A stretch of DNA of 64,000 bases. Source: a virus. The stretch spans positions 64,001 to 128,000 of IMG/VR virus record IMGVR_UViG_3300035698_022838, one strand, 5' to 3'. The position numbers and the translations under genes were made by a program. The notes beneath the pieces are model-generated. The model searched no databases. It saw nothing but the letters and a program-made list of their open reading frames with translations, and had not been told where the DNA came from. Positions 40,384 to 49,890 of the stretch are shown piece after piece; position 1 is the first letter of the stretch; every line of letters starts with the position of its first letter.

Positions 40384-41778
40384 TTATTCGGTGTATAAAT
40401 TAACCGCTTTGTATCGATATGCTATCTTATCAGCTTTTATTTGTGGATTCTTGAGAGCTTCTTTTTTCCTGCTTACAATTTCTTCAGGTAATAAAGGACC
40501 AAATGTATCCTTTAATATCTTTTTGTCAGTTCTCCATTCCAAAGGTAAATGTAAAGCAAACCTAATAATATCGAGATTTAAGAATGGACTACGTAGCTCT
40601 AATGTATGTGCCATAGACATCTTATCAAGTCTTGGTAAATGATAATACGTAAGCTCTTCGAAAATGTCGGATTTCTGAGAATCGTATTCGTGGATTCTTT
40701 TATACCCACCAAATGATTCATCTGCACCATCCCCGCTAAGTACAATACGATAACCACCAAATCTTTTCACTGCATCAAACAAATGATATTGAGGAAGAAC
40801 AGATCCTAAATCAATTGGGCTTTCGTTCCATTTCTTATAGATTTCTACGTTCTTGGAATCATCCATATGGTAATCAAGAAAAGATACTTCGGTATCTAAG
40901 TACTTGGATAGTAATTCAACATATTCTCGTTCACCATTTTCAATACTAAACCACCTAACATCTGCTTTCATTTGATGTAAAATAGCAGCAATAATCGATG
41001 AATCTAAACCACCAGAGATCAAAAGTGATATTGGATAGTCTTTTGAAACTAATCTATTCTTAACTGCTTCGAACATTTTACCCCATAACCATTCCATATG
41101 GGTTTCATAGTCTGCTCCAATAAGTTCAGCTATAGGAACATCAAAACCTTTATAATATTCTTTGTAAATATTCTTAAACTCAGGAACATCAATATTATAA
41201 GAATAAATATTATTTGGAATGAATCTTTTGATGTCTGAATACATCGTGCGATCATCAGTATTATATCCCCATTTTCTAATGGTACTAACTAAGGTTTCAT
41301 CCTTAGTAGAATTATCATACACTAAACCTTTAACTTCTGAGCAAACTTCACCCATAGCATTATAATAAAGGCATTTCTTACCAAGTGGATCTGTGAAAAC
41401 TATTAGATCATTAGTATTCGCATCCCATATTGTTATCGCCCAAAAACCATCCCATGTTTGAATTTCTGGTAAAAACATACTACAAAACATTTCAAATGAT
41501 CCACCTTTATATCTTCCAAATAGATTACATAGATATTCTATATCAGATGCAAATTGGCTGGTGTCATAGTTGAATATCTCACCATTAAACATTAGATAAA
41601 TACCAGGGGAAACTTCTTTTGGCTGATTCCATTCATCATGATCTGCAGTTTGAATAGGTAATCTATGATGACATAAAAGAAGATCATTCATAAAAATGGA
41701 GGATTTTTCAGTTCCTCTATGTTTTATTGAGGCTATTCTTTCTTCTGTACCATCTCTGGTAATTATAATTCCGCACAT
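40384..41778 (-). CDS. asnB: Asparagine synthase-like glutamine amidotransferase
   Basis: N-terminal MCGI (Ntn Cys2), 'FNGEIFNY', 'SGGLDSS', 'LSGDGADESFGGY', 'RLDKMSMAHTLELRSPFL'. Confidence 0.92.
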   Translation of the reverse strand: MCGIIITRDGTEERIASIKHRGTEKSSIFMNDLLLCHHRLPIQTADHDEWNQPKEVSPGIYLMFNGEIFNYDTSQFASDIEYLCNLFGRYKGGSFEMFCSMFLPEIQTWDGFWAITIWDANTNDLIVFTDPLGKKCLYYNAMGEVCSEVKGLVYDNSTKDETLVSTIRKWGYNTDDRTMYSDIKRFIPNNIYSYNIDVPEFKNIYKEYYKGFDVPIAELIGADYETHMEWLWGKMFEAVKNRLVSKDYPISLLISGGLDSSIIAAILHQMKADVRWFSIENGEREYVELLSKYLDTEVSFLDYHMDDSKNVEIYKKWNESPIDLGSVLPQYHLFDAVKRFGGYRIVLSGDGADESFGGYKRIHEYDSQKSDIFEELTYYHLPRLDKMSMAHTLELRSPFLNLDIIRFALHLPLEWRTDKKILKDTFGPLLPEEIVSRKKEALKNPQIKADKIAYRYKAVNLYTE

Positions 41779-41781
41779 ATA

Positions 41782-42333
41782 TTAAAATAGTTTTTCAAAT
41801 TGTGTTAATACCTTTGTGTCAAAAGTATTCTGTATAAGGTGTGTCTCAATGTTATATGGATGATTAGCTAAAATGTCCCTGAATTTTTCAGATAGTTCTA
41901 TTTCTTTTTGATTACCATCCCAAGAATCCCAATTGTCCTTAGCCCGCGCAATAGCCCCCGCGACTGGGTTTTGTCCACTCACATGTATAATTCTGCAATT
42001 ATCCAATAGGTTCATATCACAGACTAATTTCAATTGTAGCATTGCTTCATCCTCAGAAATCCGTTCAGTCAAAACACCCCAACTAAAAACGCTTATTATA
42101 CCTCGATCAATAACTAGATTATCTTTTATAATACCATCTCGATTTAGTTGTAATAACATGGATTCCTTACCTAGGGCAAATAGATGAGCTCTTTCATCAT
42201 CATTTATTAAACCCAATCCACTAAACCATTCACCAAAGTCATATCTAAACTTCCTGTGGCCACTCATATTGGAATAATAATTTGCTAGAAAAGATTTACC
42301 TGAGCCTCTAGCACCCTCAAATATTGTTAACAT
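41782..42333 (-). CDS. P-loop nucleotide kinase (thymidylate-kinase-like)
   Basis: 'IFEGARGSGKS' and 'LVIDRG' motifs. Confidence 0.75.
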   Translation of the reverse strand: MLTIFEGARGSGKSFLANYYSNMSGHRKFRYDFGEWFSGLGLINDDERAHLFALGKESMLLQLNRDGIIKDNLVIDRGIISVFSWGVLTERISEDEAMLQLKLVCDMNLLDNCRIIHVSGQNPVAGAIARAKDNWDSWDGNQKEIELSEKFRDILANHPYNIETHLIQNTFDTKVLTQFEKLF

Positions 42334-42390
42334 AAATAAATTTACTTTATAATTTTACAACTAAAACCAATAATAATTTCGTCACATATT

Positions 42391-42418
42391 AAAAAAGCAG
42401 GAATTAATTCCTGCTTTT
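42391..42418. terminator. Palindromic (possibly bidirectional) terminator
   Basis: aaaagcaggaattaattcctgctttt perfect palindrome with A/T tracts, just after the 42444 stop. Confidence 0.85.
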
Positions 42419-42443
42419 GTTTCATTTAAAATGAGATATACTA

Positions 42444-44846
42444 TTAATTCTCATTTTTTCTGAGAATTTCAATATTCTTTGATATTGATGGTTTAATATC
42501 ATCTACCTCAGAAATTTCAATTCTTGTTAAATGCTTATCTTTTGCATTTGTAATATACTTTATCTTCTTTAGAGTTTCGCCTACTTTATCAATAGTATTA
42601 TCTTTCATACCATTATTAATCTCATCAAAGCCAATAACTTCTATTCCTGAATTTTCCTTACTTCCGATCTTACTCTTTAGGAAAGTAAGATTTTCTTTAC
42701 TTAATGTTCCTTTTTTACCAAATGTTTTGTTCTTCACAATTGTTTTTAACATTTCAGTTGGTTGGGTTTCGAACTTTTCTGCCATATAATCTAGAGCACA
42801 AACCCAATTTTTATCCTTAGCATCATATGTAATTAAATATGATAATAGTATACAAACATTATAAATAAATCTTAATTCATCAGGATCTAGATTCTCTGGA
42901 TTTATTTTTGAACCAGCTATACTTTTTATTGCCTGGTAAATATCATTAAAATCATCAGGTCTTAAGTAACCTTCTTCTATATCCTCTTTATGTGGTCTGA
43001 TTGCATCCATAACTGAATTGTATGAAATTTCTATATCAGAACCTCCATTCTTTGCCATTCTCATATTATAATCTAATACATCATCCACAAGATTTACTTT
43101 TGATTCCTTTTCCACACCAGCAAAATTCTTATAATATGAGGTATACCATTTACCAAAAGCATTTATATCTTCTTCGTCATCACCATTAATTTCACTATAC
43201 TTTGACCAGTTACATGGCTTATTCACATTAGACTCGGTTCTTTTGGTTGAGTATAATCCACCATTACCATCTTCGTCCTCGATGAAGAAATAAGAATTCT
43301 TTCTGTCACCTCTAACTGCTTCTATCCAGGAACTTAAAAACTCATGCGGGTAAGAACCTTTTAAGCTACCATCATCCCTAAGAAAATCTTCGCTTTCAAC
43401 GTGCTTATTATAACCTTTTGTTCTTAATAGTTTAGCTAGTTTTTCAGCTAATGCTACTTCAGTCTTTGCTGCATGTCCAGGATCATCTGATGATGCTGGT
43501 CCAAGTTCTTCAGAATATTTTTTAATCTCCTCCTCTATCTCATCAGGATCAATGTATGTTGATTCTAACATTTTCATAAATCCGCTAGATTTTAATACAG
43601 ATCTAGATTCACTAATACTAGAATAATATTTCCTTAATTTAGCTAAACTGTCTTTTATAGCATCTTTATCATCTTTTGAAACCTGGTCTAGCTTCAGTAT
43701 AGAATCTAACATTGCTTTGTCGAACTTACCATCGGCATTCTTATTACCTAACGTACCCTGTATGGTCTTAATAGCTACAGAGGTCCCAGCTTCAAATTTA
43801 CCATCTGCTCCACCTCTAGGTGAAAGTAAATTCTTAATAGGTACGTAAGCATTTATTAGGGCCTTCTGTAATGCTTCAATTATACCAGAGCCTTTTAATC
43901 TAGCATCAGCATCTTTATCCCCAATCTTAAGTGGAAAAACCCTATCGTTCATTTTAGATTCTTTTTCCTCTAAATCTTCCCTGATCTTTACCTCTGCTAT
44001 TCCTTCTTGTGTAAATGCTTTAGTAATATAGTCCAATGCATCAGTAAGAATATCATTTAGATCACCAAACTTCTTTCCTAAATCTTCATCTTTTGCAATT
44101 TTCTTCATTATCAATTCAGTTGCCTTAACTTTATATTGACTATATTCTTGCGAAAGATTATCAACTTTCTTCTCTAGTTCAGCTAATGTTTTTCTATCCG
44201 ATTCTTTTATAGTTGCTTTTTCAAGATCCATTGCCTTGGTTTTTTGCTCTAAAGTACTAAATAATCTATTCCAATCTCTACCATAACCATTCTTTGCATC
44301 CTTTCCTTTAGAATCAGATATTAGATTAATCAGAATTTTTTTAAGTCTATCAGCTCTACCATGAAAACCTATCATCAAAGATTCATTTAAGGCTTTTTCC
44401 ATTTCTCTTGCAATAGCATCCATAGTTTTCTGTACCTTATCGCCATTGGATATAAATTTATCTATAATCTTAGCTTCTAAGGATGGATCTAATTCAACAG
44501 CTCTTTTGATTGCATCACCTATTTTATCTATGCTCTCAAGGTATAATTTTTTAATCTCAGCATAACCAGGATCAATCAATTCAACATCAGTAGCATGATC
44601 TTTTATTTTTGCGAGCATACCTTTTACGCTAGATGAATTACCAACATCTTCTATCTTAGATCTAAATGAATCAGGATTTCTATTTTTATTAGAAGCTACA
44701 TCAAAAACTATTTTTTTGAATGCGCTAAGTAATAGCTCATTCGTTTTCGATAATAAATCATTAACGTCTTCGTTTTCGAATAATCTATACGTATCTATAG
44801 AGATCTGTTTTGCAACAGGATTTGTTTTTAAATAGTCGTTTTTCAT
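42444..44846 (-). CDS. Large helical protein with peptidoglycan-binding-like domain; probable internal head/ejection protein
   Basis: 'PLKIGDKD...IEALQKAL...GGADGKFEAGTSVAIKTIQ...ADGKFDKAML' PGBD pattern; start MKNDYLK at 44846 avoids overlap with the upstream gene. Confidence 0.6.
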   Translation of the reverse strand: MKNDYLKTNPVAKQISIDTYRLFENEDVNDLLSKTNELLLSAFKKIVFDVASNKNRNPDSFRSKIEDVGNSSSVKGMLAKIKDHATDVELIDPGYAEIKKLYLESIDKIGDAIKRAVELDPSLEAKIIDKFISNGDKVQKTMDAIAREMEKALNESLMIGFHGRADRLKKILINLISDSKGKDAKNGYGRDWNRLFSTLEQKTKAMDLEKATIKESDRKTLAELEKKVDNLSQEYSQYKVKATELIMKKIAKDEDLGKKFGDLNDILTDALDYITKAFTQEGIAEVKIREDLEEKESKMNDRVFPLKIGDKDADARLKGSGIIEALQKALINAYVPIKNLLSPRGGADGKFEAGTSVAIKTIQGTLGNKNADGKFDKAMLDSILKLDQVSKDDKDAIKDSLAKLRKYYSSISESRSVLKSSGFMKMLESTYIDPDEIEEEIKKYSEELGPASSDDPGHAAKTEVALAEKLAKLLRTKGYNKHVESEDFLRDDGSLKGSYPHEFLSSWIEAVRGDRKNSYFFIEDEDGNGGLYSTKRTESNVNKPCNWSKYSEINGDDEEDINAFGKWYTSYYKNFAGVEKESKVNLVDDVLDYNMRMAKNGGSDIEISYNSVMDAIRPHKEDIEEGYLRPDDFNDIYQAIKSIAGSKINPENLDPDELRFIYNVCILLSYLITYDAKDKNWVCALDYMAEKFETQPTEMLKTIVKNKTFGKKGTLSKENLTFLKSKIGSKENSGIEVIGFDEINNGMKDNTIDKVGETLKKIKYITNAKDKHLTRIEISEVDDIKPSISKNIEILRKNEN

Positions 44847-44847
44847 A

Positions 44848-45117
44848 TTAATAAATATTTGTCTTATCACCAGCGTCTTCTTTAGATAATATTGCATTGG
44901 CAAATCTATTCAAAAGTACTGGCATTTGTGAATATAAAGATGCTTGTTTCTTTAAACTTGCAGCTTCATCAGCAGGAGTTTCTGCATCCTTTCCATTTCT
45001 AACCTCTTCCGAAATCTCTTCCTTCTTAGTATTAATAGCAGCTCTTGCTTCAGTAACATCATTATTTACACTTTCGTCTATATGGAAATCTTCCCATTGT
45101 TTCAATTTATTATGCAT
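44848..45117 (-). CDS. Small probable internal head protein
   Basis: MHNKLKQWEDFHIDES N-terminus. Confidence 0.65.
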   Translation of the reverse strand: MHNKLKQWEDFHIDESVNNDVTEARAAINTKKEEISEEVRNGKDAETPADEAASLKKQASLYSQMPVLLNRFANAILSKEDAGDKTNIY

Positions 45118-45994
45118 ATCTTCTAGCAATAGTTATTTTAGTTCTCAAATCCCTAATTTGTTCCATTAGTAATTCTCGAATTTCTTTAATGTCTTTGACG
45201 ATTTGTTCCTTGTCTGCTCCTTCCTTATCACCTTTATCCTCCAGCTTTTCCTTTTCGAGATCTAACGTAACATATCTCTCATTCCTTTCAGTTATAAGAA
45301 AACTTACTAATTTCTTTGCACTTGGCTTATCTAACCCCTGTGCAAATTTAGTAAATTGTGCTGCGTTCATACCTAAAAGAGGATCGATATTAAACTTTTT
45401 CTTACTTTTAGAAGCTGGTTCTATTTCTTTATCTACCTCTTTAGCTTTTTCAAGATCACCGAATCTTTCTCTAAATAATCTATCCTTCCTTTTGGCTTCT
45501 AGTGCTGCAGTTTTATATTTATCGTATAATTCATCAGCAACTGATTCATCAGTTAATTCTTTAGCAAGTTTATACAAAGCTTCTGCCAATTCTGCTTCAA
45601 GTTCAGATTTCTTAAGATTCCAATATGATATAAGTCTTTGGTTACCCTCAGTAATTTTTTCAACCTTATCATCAATTTTATCTACGTCTGCAGTTTTCTT
45701 CTTAAGTAATGCAGTTAATAATTTTTCATTTCGGTCAATCATTCTTTCGAGCTTTTTAATCTCTGCAGCATCACTTTTAGTTTGTGCTTTTTTAATTTCC
45801 AACGAATCTATATCTGTTTGTATTACATTCCACTCATCTGTATATTCGGTTTCAATTTTGGAAATTCTGGAAAGTAAAGCATCTATTTTACCTATAGAAC
45901 CACCGAAATTTGCACTAAGCCAATTTACGATTTTCTCCATTGGTTTAATACCTTCATTTATTTCCTCGTCCCATTCTTTAAATTTCAATAACAT
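45110..45994 (-). CDS. Coiled-coil protein, probable internal head protein; paralogue of 45998..47080
   Basis: MLLKFKEWDEEINEG; K/E-rich heptads. Confidence 0.7.
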   Translation of the reverse strand: MLLKFKEWDEEINEGIKPMEKIVNWLSANFGGSIGKIDALLSRISKIETEYTDEWNVIQTDIDSLEIKKAQTKSDAAEIKKLERMIDRNEKLLTALLKKKTADVDKIDDKVEKITEGNQRLISYWNLKKSELEAELAEALYKLAKELTDESVADELYDKYKTAALEAKRKDRLFRERFGDLEKAKEVDKEIEPASKSKKKFNIDPLLGMNAAQFTKFAQGLDKPSAKKLVSFLITERNERYVTLDLEKEKLEDKGDKEGADKEQIVKDIKEIRELLMEQIRDLRTKITIARRYA

Positions 45995-45997
45995 AAT

Positions 45998-47080
45998 TTA
46001 AGCTAGTTTTTTTATTAGAGTTTTTATTTTATCAACACCAGGTTTACTTATAATTTCAGCAACATCTAGACTTAATCCACTATCCATTTCCTTACCAGTC
46101 AATATCGCATTCTTAATATTACTTAGTATATTAGAAAATCCAGACGAATTAGCAAGTTTCTTATCGATTGATAATTTAGTTTTACCAACTTTTTTATATT
46201 CGTTATATAGATTTTTTAGCATATCAATTTCATTAGCTAAACCTTTAACTTTATTCAAATCAACTTTTGTTGGTTTACCCGAGGTTAAATTCTTCTCTAT
46301 AGCTCTAAGTCTTTCTCTACAGTCTTTTTTTACTATTGTAAATTTTTCCTTAGTTTTTTCTTTCAATAATAAAATAATATCAGCATCTTTTTCTGAAATC
46401 TTCTTTCTGAGATCTGTTATCTTAGTAAGCTTAATTTCACCCATATTTGTTATTTTTGCTGATTTACCGGATACATCAGTTGATGTGTCTTTGATATCAG
46501 CTTCTGCTTTTTCTACTTTTTCCTTAGCTATCTTAACCTCATCAGCATCATAATGCTTAGATTTAATAAGATCATATTCGAATTTAGCAAGTTCATATTT
46601 ATCATCAATTAAACCAGCATCATAGTATTCCTTTCTTCTTGCATTTCCTGCTATAGCTTTATCAAGGATTTTCATACCTTTAGCAATCTGCATTCTTTTA
46701 AGTTTTACGAAAGAATTATATTCCTTTTTCTTAGTTGCTATATCTCTTTGTAATTTTGGTGCTTTGTTATCTTTATCATAACCTCTCCTTTCCTTATATA
46801 CAGCATCTTCTAGTTTTTCAACCTCGTCGTTGATTTTATCCTTTTCTTTAATGATCTCTTTTTCTATACCAATATTACCTTTGCGTATCTCATCAATTAC
46901 ACTGAGCTTAGATAACTTACCAAATACGGTTTTATCTAAAGAATTTTTTAAAGCATCTAATGCCTTTCCTTCGTTTAGACCTTCATATTCTAAATATAGA
47001 TCTACTGATATCGAATCGTTTATAGGTTCTGATAAATCCCTTTCTATTAAAAATTCATTATGATTTAGTATTCTGTCCAT
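45998..47080 (-). CDS. Coiled-coil protein, probable internal head protein
   Basis: MDRILNHNEFLIE...LNEG; GATATATA at 47113-47120. Confidence 0.7.
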   Translation of the reverse strand: MDRILNHNEFLIERDLSEPINDSISVDLYLEYEGLNEGKALDALKNSLDKTVFGKLSKLSVIDEIRKGNIGIEKEIIKEKDKINDEVEKLEDAVYKERRGYDKDNKAPKLQRDIATKKKEYNSFVKLKRMQIAKGMKILDKAIAGNARRKEYYDAGLIDDKYELAKFEYDLIKSKHYDADEVKIAKEKVEKAEADIKDTSTDVSGKSAKITNMGEIKLTKITDLRKKISEKDADIILLLKEKTKEKFTIVKKDCRERLRAIEKNLTSGKPTKVDLNKVKGLANEIDMLKNLYNEYKKVGKTKLSIDKKLANSSGFSNILSNIKNAILTGKEMDSGLSLDVAEIISKPGVDKIKTLIKKLA

Positions 47081-47230
47081 TTTACATTTTTACATTTCTC
47101 TCTAAGTATCTATATATATCTTATTTAAAACACTAAATCGAAGTAGGAATAAAAACAAAAATAACCAATGTTTCATTTTTTTTATACGACGGAATTTATT
47201 ATTTTTATATCACATTAAAACAATAAGATA

Positions 47231-47932
47231 ATGAAAAAGAAAATGTCATATTTATTTTTATTCTTAGCAATCTTCGCACTAACATCATTTCAGAATACAT
47301 ATCGTATTGCTAATAAAGGAGCAAATGTAACACAAAGTATGAAATTCAACGTTATTACTATAGATAAGGATGAGATGGATTTTAGTGTATCTGAAAAAAG
47401 ACCTATTAATGCAGATTTCTACATTAATAGTAATTTCTTTACGACAGGAGCAGATCCTATTGGTTTAGTAGTAATTGATGGTAAAAGAAAAAGTAAAAGA
47501 ACCAAAGGTGGCGGATTTTTCTATGTTGCTAATGGTAAAGCAATGGTAAAAGCAAAACAGTGTCCAACAATAACACAATATGCATCACAAACTATTCTAT
47601 GGGGAATTGATAATGGTAAAAGAAACATAGGATTATGTAAGACTACACATGGAAATCAAATAAGATACCGTACGATAATGGGTGAAAATAAGAAAGGGCA
47701 AATAGTAATTATCTCATCAAATAGATTAGGTAGAGTAACAATAGACGAGATAATCACGTTTGCTGAAAAAGTAGGATTAACCGAAGCAATCCTACTTGAC
47801 GGAGGAACTTCAGTCGATTATAAATTCTCTGGTGAAAATAAAACAGTTTATTTCCAATCAGTTCCTGATATAGGGAAAAAAATGTTTGATATTATAACAC
47901 CAACAACATATATTTGTGGAAATTTTAATTAA
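47231..47932 (+). CDS. Secreted phosphodiester glycosidase (NAGPA/DUF2233-like)
   Basis: Signal peptide MKKKMSYLFLFLAIFALTS; 'INSNFF', 'RYRTIMG', 'AILLDGGTS'. Confidence 0.75.
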   Translation: MKKKMSYLFLFLAIFALTSFQNTYRIANKGANVTQSMKFNVITIDKDEMDFSVSEKRPINADFYINSNFFTTGADPIGLVVIDGKRKSKRTKGGGFFYVANGKAMVKAKQCPTITQYASQTILWGIDNGKRNIGLCKTTHGNQIRYRTIMGENKKGQIVIISSNRLGRVTIDEIITFAEKVGLTEAILLDGGTSVDYKFSGENKTVYFQSVPDIGKKMFDIITPTTYICGNFN

Positions 47933-49797
47933 GTAATACATCTAAAAGACTTAATACGCTCAACAACTTCTTTAACATAATTATGTGTTCTTATATCAAC
48001 TTTTGGTTTGTACCACACATCCTCGCTTTTACCATAATTAGGTAAATAATTTTCAACATGTCTATCTGAAACTGTTTTACCATTTTTAAGCGTTTTTCCC
48101 TCGAGCGAACATGAAGCTTTTATATCAGGATCTGAGGTTTCGCAATATTTCCTGATTTTTGTCATACCGCAATTATATGAGCCAATTGCAATATCCAATG
48201 CTGCATTACCAGTACCATATTTAAAATTTGATGATGGTTTATGCTCAGAATATCCAGTCTCAACAGCTTTCTTATATGCTTTCTCTATATACATATATGC
48301 AGCTATTAGTGCACCTTTTAAGGTAAGTATATTTTCTTTTACCCCGAGTTCATCTTTTGTAGTCATTTTCATTTGGGCAGGACCTATTGAAGTACCATAG
48401 CCTACTACAGAAGCAAGTATTTCTGGAACATATATTGACCAATATCTTTTTCCTTTTTCAAAGCTACTTTCTCTTCCTATAATACCTAATGCAACTTTTA
48501 AGGTATCTTTATCATAACCTTGTTCAATTAGATCATCAGCAATATATCCAAATTCTTTATCTGGTAAACATTTATACCTTCTTTCTAATTCTTTATCATT
48601 AAGTTTTTCTAAATCTACACTTTTAATATTTAAAGCTACGTCTAAATCTACATCTAGTTTTTTACTAAAAGCTTTTAAATCACTATCGGTTAAACCTAAA
48701 TCTACTCTTTCAGCCTCGTTCAAAAAAAAATCCTCTGATTCATTCAATAATGGAACTGCTTTAGGTTTTCTTTTAGGTCTCCTAACCCAAGCTATTTTAG
48801 AATGCCCATGGATTTTATTAGCAGGATCAGAATATATCCTGCCATATACATTATGTAAAATCAACGGTACACCATCTTTAATTGCACCAACAATACCAAC
48901 ATGAGTATTCATACCAAATGCATCACCGTTAGTAAGTGTTTTACCAGGGGTAACCTTACCGTCTTTATTGGTAATAAAATATGGTTTACTTCTAAACCCT
49001 TTGTTTTCTCCGCCCCTATAAAGTGCTACCTCGTGATAGTTTGAATCTGGATAAAATAAACCAACAACATCACCTAATTGTAATTTTACATTAGGTTTAT
49101 CTGGGATTAGTTTATCTATTATTTTCTTAGCCTTTTCTACGTATTTTCCTTTATAGACACCACCGCCATTTCTATGTATAGCTCCCCACATAGCAGTAAT
49201 TCTGTTTATCTCATTTTCATCAAGATCAGTAAATGCACTATAAATTCTCTTACCTAATTTTTCATTAGCGTGTGCCAGCCATGCATCACCAACACCATCA
49301 ATATCATCACTGAAAAGGTTAACGAATGAAGCACAACCTATATCTTTATTTATTTTAAATATCAATACTGAATCCTTTGGACTTATTTTATCTGCGTGCA
49401 TTTTTTCTAAATATTCAGGATTAGTATCTTTATTAACTAAAACCGTAGTTGGTATTTCATTAGGACCTATAGGATATGGATCATTAGTGAATGGATCACT
49501 TGCCATAGCAGCTTCATGATCATAGCTAGACTTCTTAGAACCTATTTTAACTCCTATCTTAGCAGCTTTTGGATCTAATTGTGCAGGTGCTCCTTTAGGA
49601 AAATATTTCTTATTAAGTTTGGCTACCGCAGATTTGATCTTTGTGATATCTCTCCAAGATCCCTTTGAGGTCTTCCTTTTAGTTAACCATTTACCATTAT
49701 CAAATTTATAATCCCAGACGGTATCAAAATCCTGATATACTTTTGCTTCTGATACATTTGAATTTGAAAAATCTTTGAAATTTATAGCTTTATCCAT
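47929..49797 (-). CDS. Two-domain peptidoglycan hydrolase: CHAP/NlpC-like peptidase plus lytic transglycosylase
   Basis: 'GCASFV...GDAW...GDVVGL...HVGIV'; 'IIGRESSF...SIGPAQM...AIGSYNCG...YVKEV'. Confidence 0.7.
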   Translation of the reverse strand: MDKAINFKDFSNSNVSEAKVYQDFDTVWDYKFDNGKWLTKRKTSKGSWRDITKIKSAVAKLNKKYFPKGAPAQLDPKAAKIGVKIGSKKSSYDHEAAMASDPFTNDPYPIGPNEIPTTVLVNKDTNPEYLEKMHADKISPKDSVLIFKINKDIGCASFVNLFSDDIDGVGDAWLAHANEKLGKRIYSAFTDLDENEINRITAMWGAIHRNGGGVYKGKYVEKAKKIIDKLIPDKPNVKLQLGDVVGLFYPDSNYHEVALYRGGENKGFRSKPYFITNKDGKVTPGKTLTNGDAFGMNTHVGIVGAIKDGVPLILHNVYGRIYSDPANKIHGHSKIAWVRRPKRKPKAVPLLNESEDFFLNEAERVDLGLTDSDLKAFSKKLDVDLDVALNIKSVDLEKLNDKELERRYKCLPDKEFGYIADDLIEQGYDKDTLKVALGIIGRESSFEKGKRYWSIYVPEILASVVGYGTSIGPAQMKMTTKDELGVKENILTLKGALIAAYMYIEKAYKKAVETGYSEHKPSSNFKYGTGNAALDIAIGSYNCGMTKIRKYCETSDPDIKASCSLEGKTLKNGKTVSDRHVENYLPNYGKSEDVWYKPKVDIRTHNYVKEVVERIKSFRCIT

Positions 49798-49819
49798 CTT
49801 ACTAAATTATTTTATAAAC

Positions 49820-49827
49820 TATATATC
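49820..49827 (-). promoter_or_regulatory. Putative late promoter GATATATA immediately after the capsid terminator
   Basis: 22 nt upstream of the 49797 start. Confidence 0.6.
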
Positions 49828-49829
49828 AC

Positions 49830-49862
49830 AAAAAACCCTAGGTAATTTATACCTAGGGTTTT
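49830..49862 (-). terminator. Rho-independent terminator after the major capsid gene
   Basis: Stem aaaaccctaggta/tacctagggtttt, 5-nt loop, U-tract. Confidence 0.9.
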
Positions 49863-49890
49863 GATTATATAAGATTTTACTCTTTTACGA

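Noticed and set aside
44847-44903. Extended N-termini given by the ORF track (starts 44903, 62391, 61193, 39216, 37271, 19855)
   Set aside because: They overlap upstream genes or promoters; downstream ATGs fit motifs and spacing better
45189-46001. 270-aa plus-strand ORF, and similar short antisense ORFs throughout the track
   Set aside because: Shadow frames of strongly codon-biased minus-strand genes; S/L/F-rich with no motifs
48722-48730. T9 tract (minus strand) in the CHAP-SLT linker as a slippage or phase-variation site
   Set aside because: Frame is intact, homopolymers are common at this AT content, and there is no supporting structure
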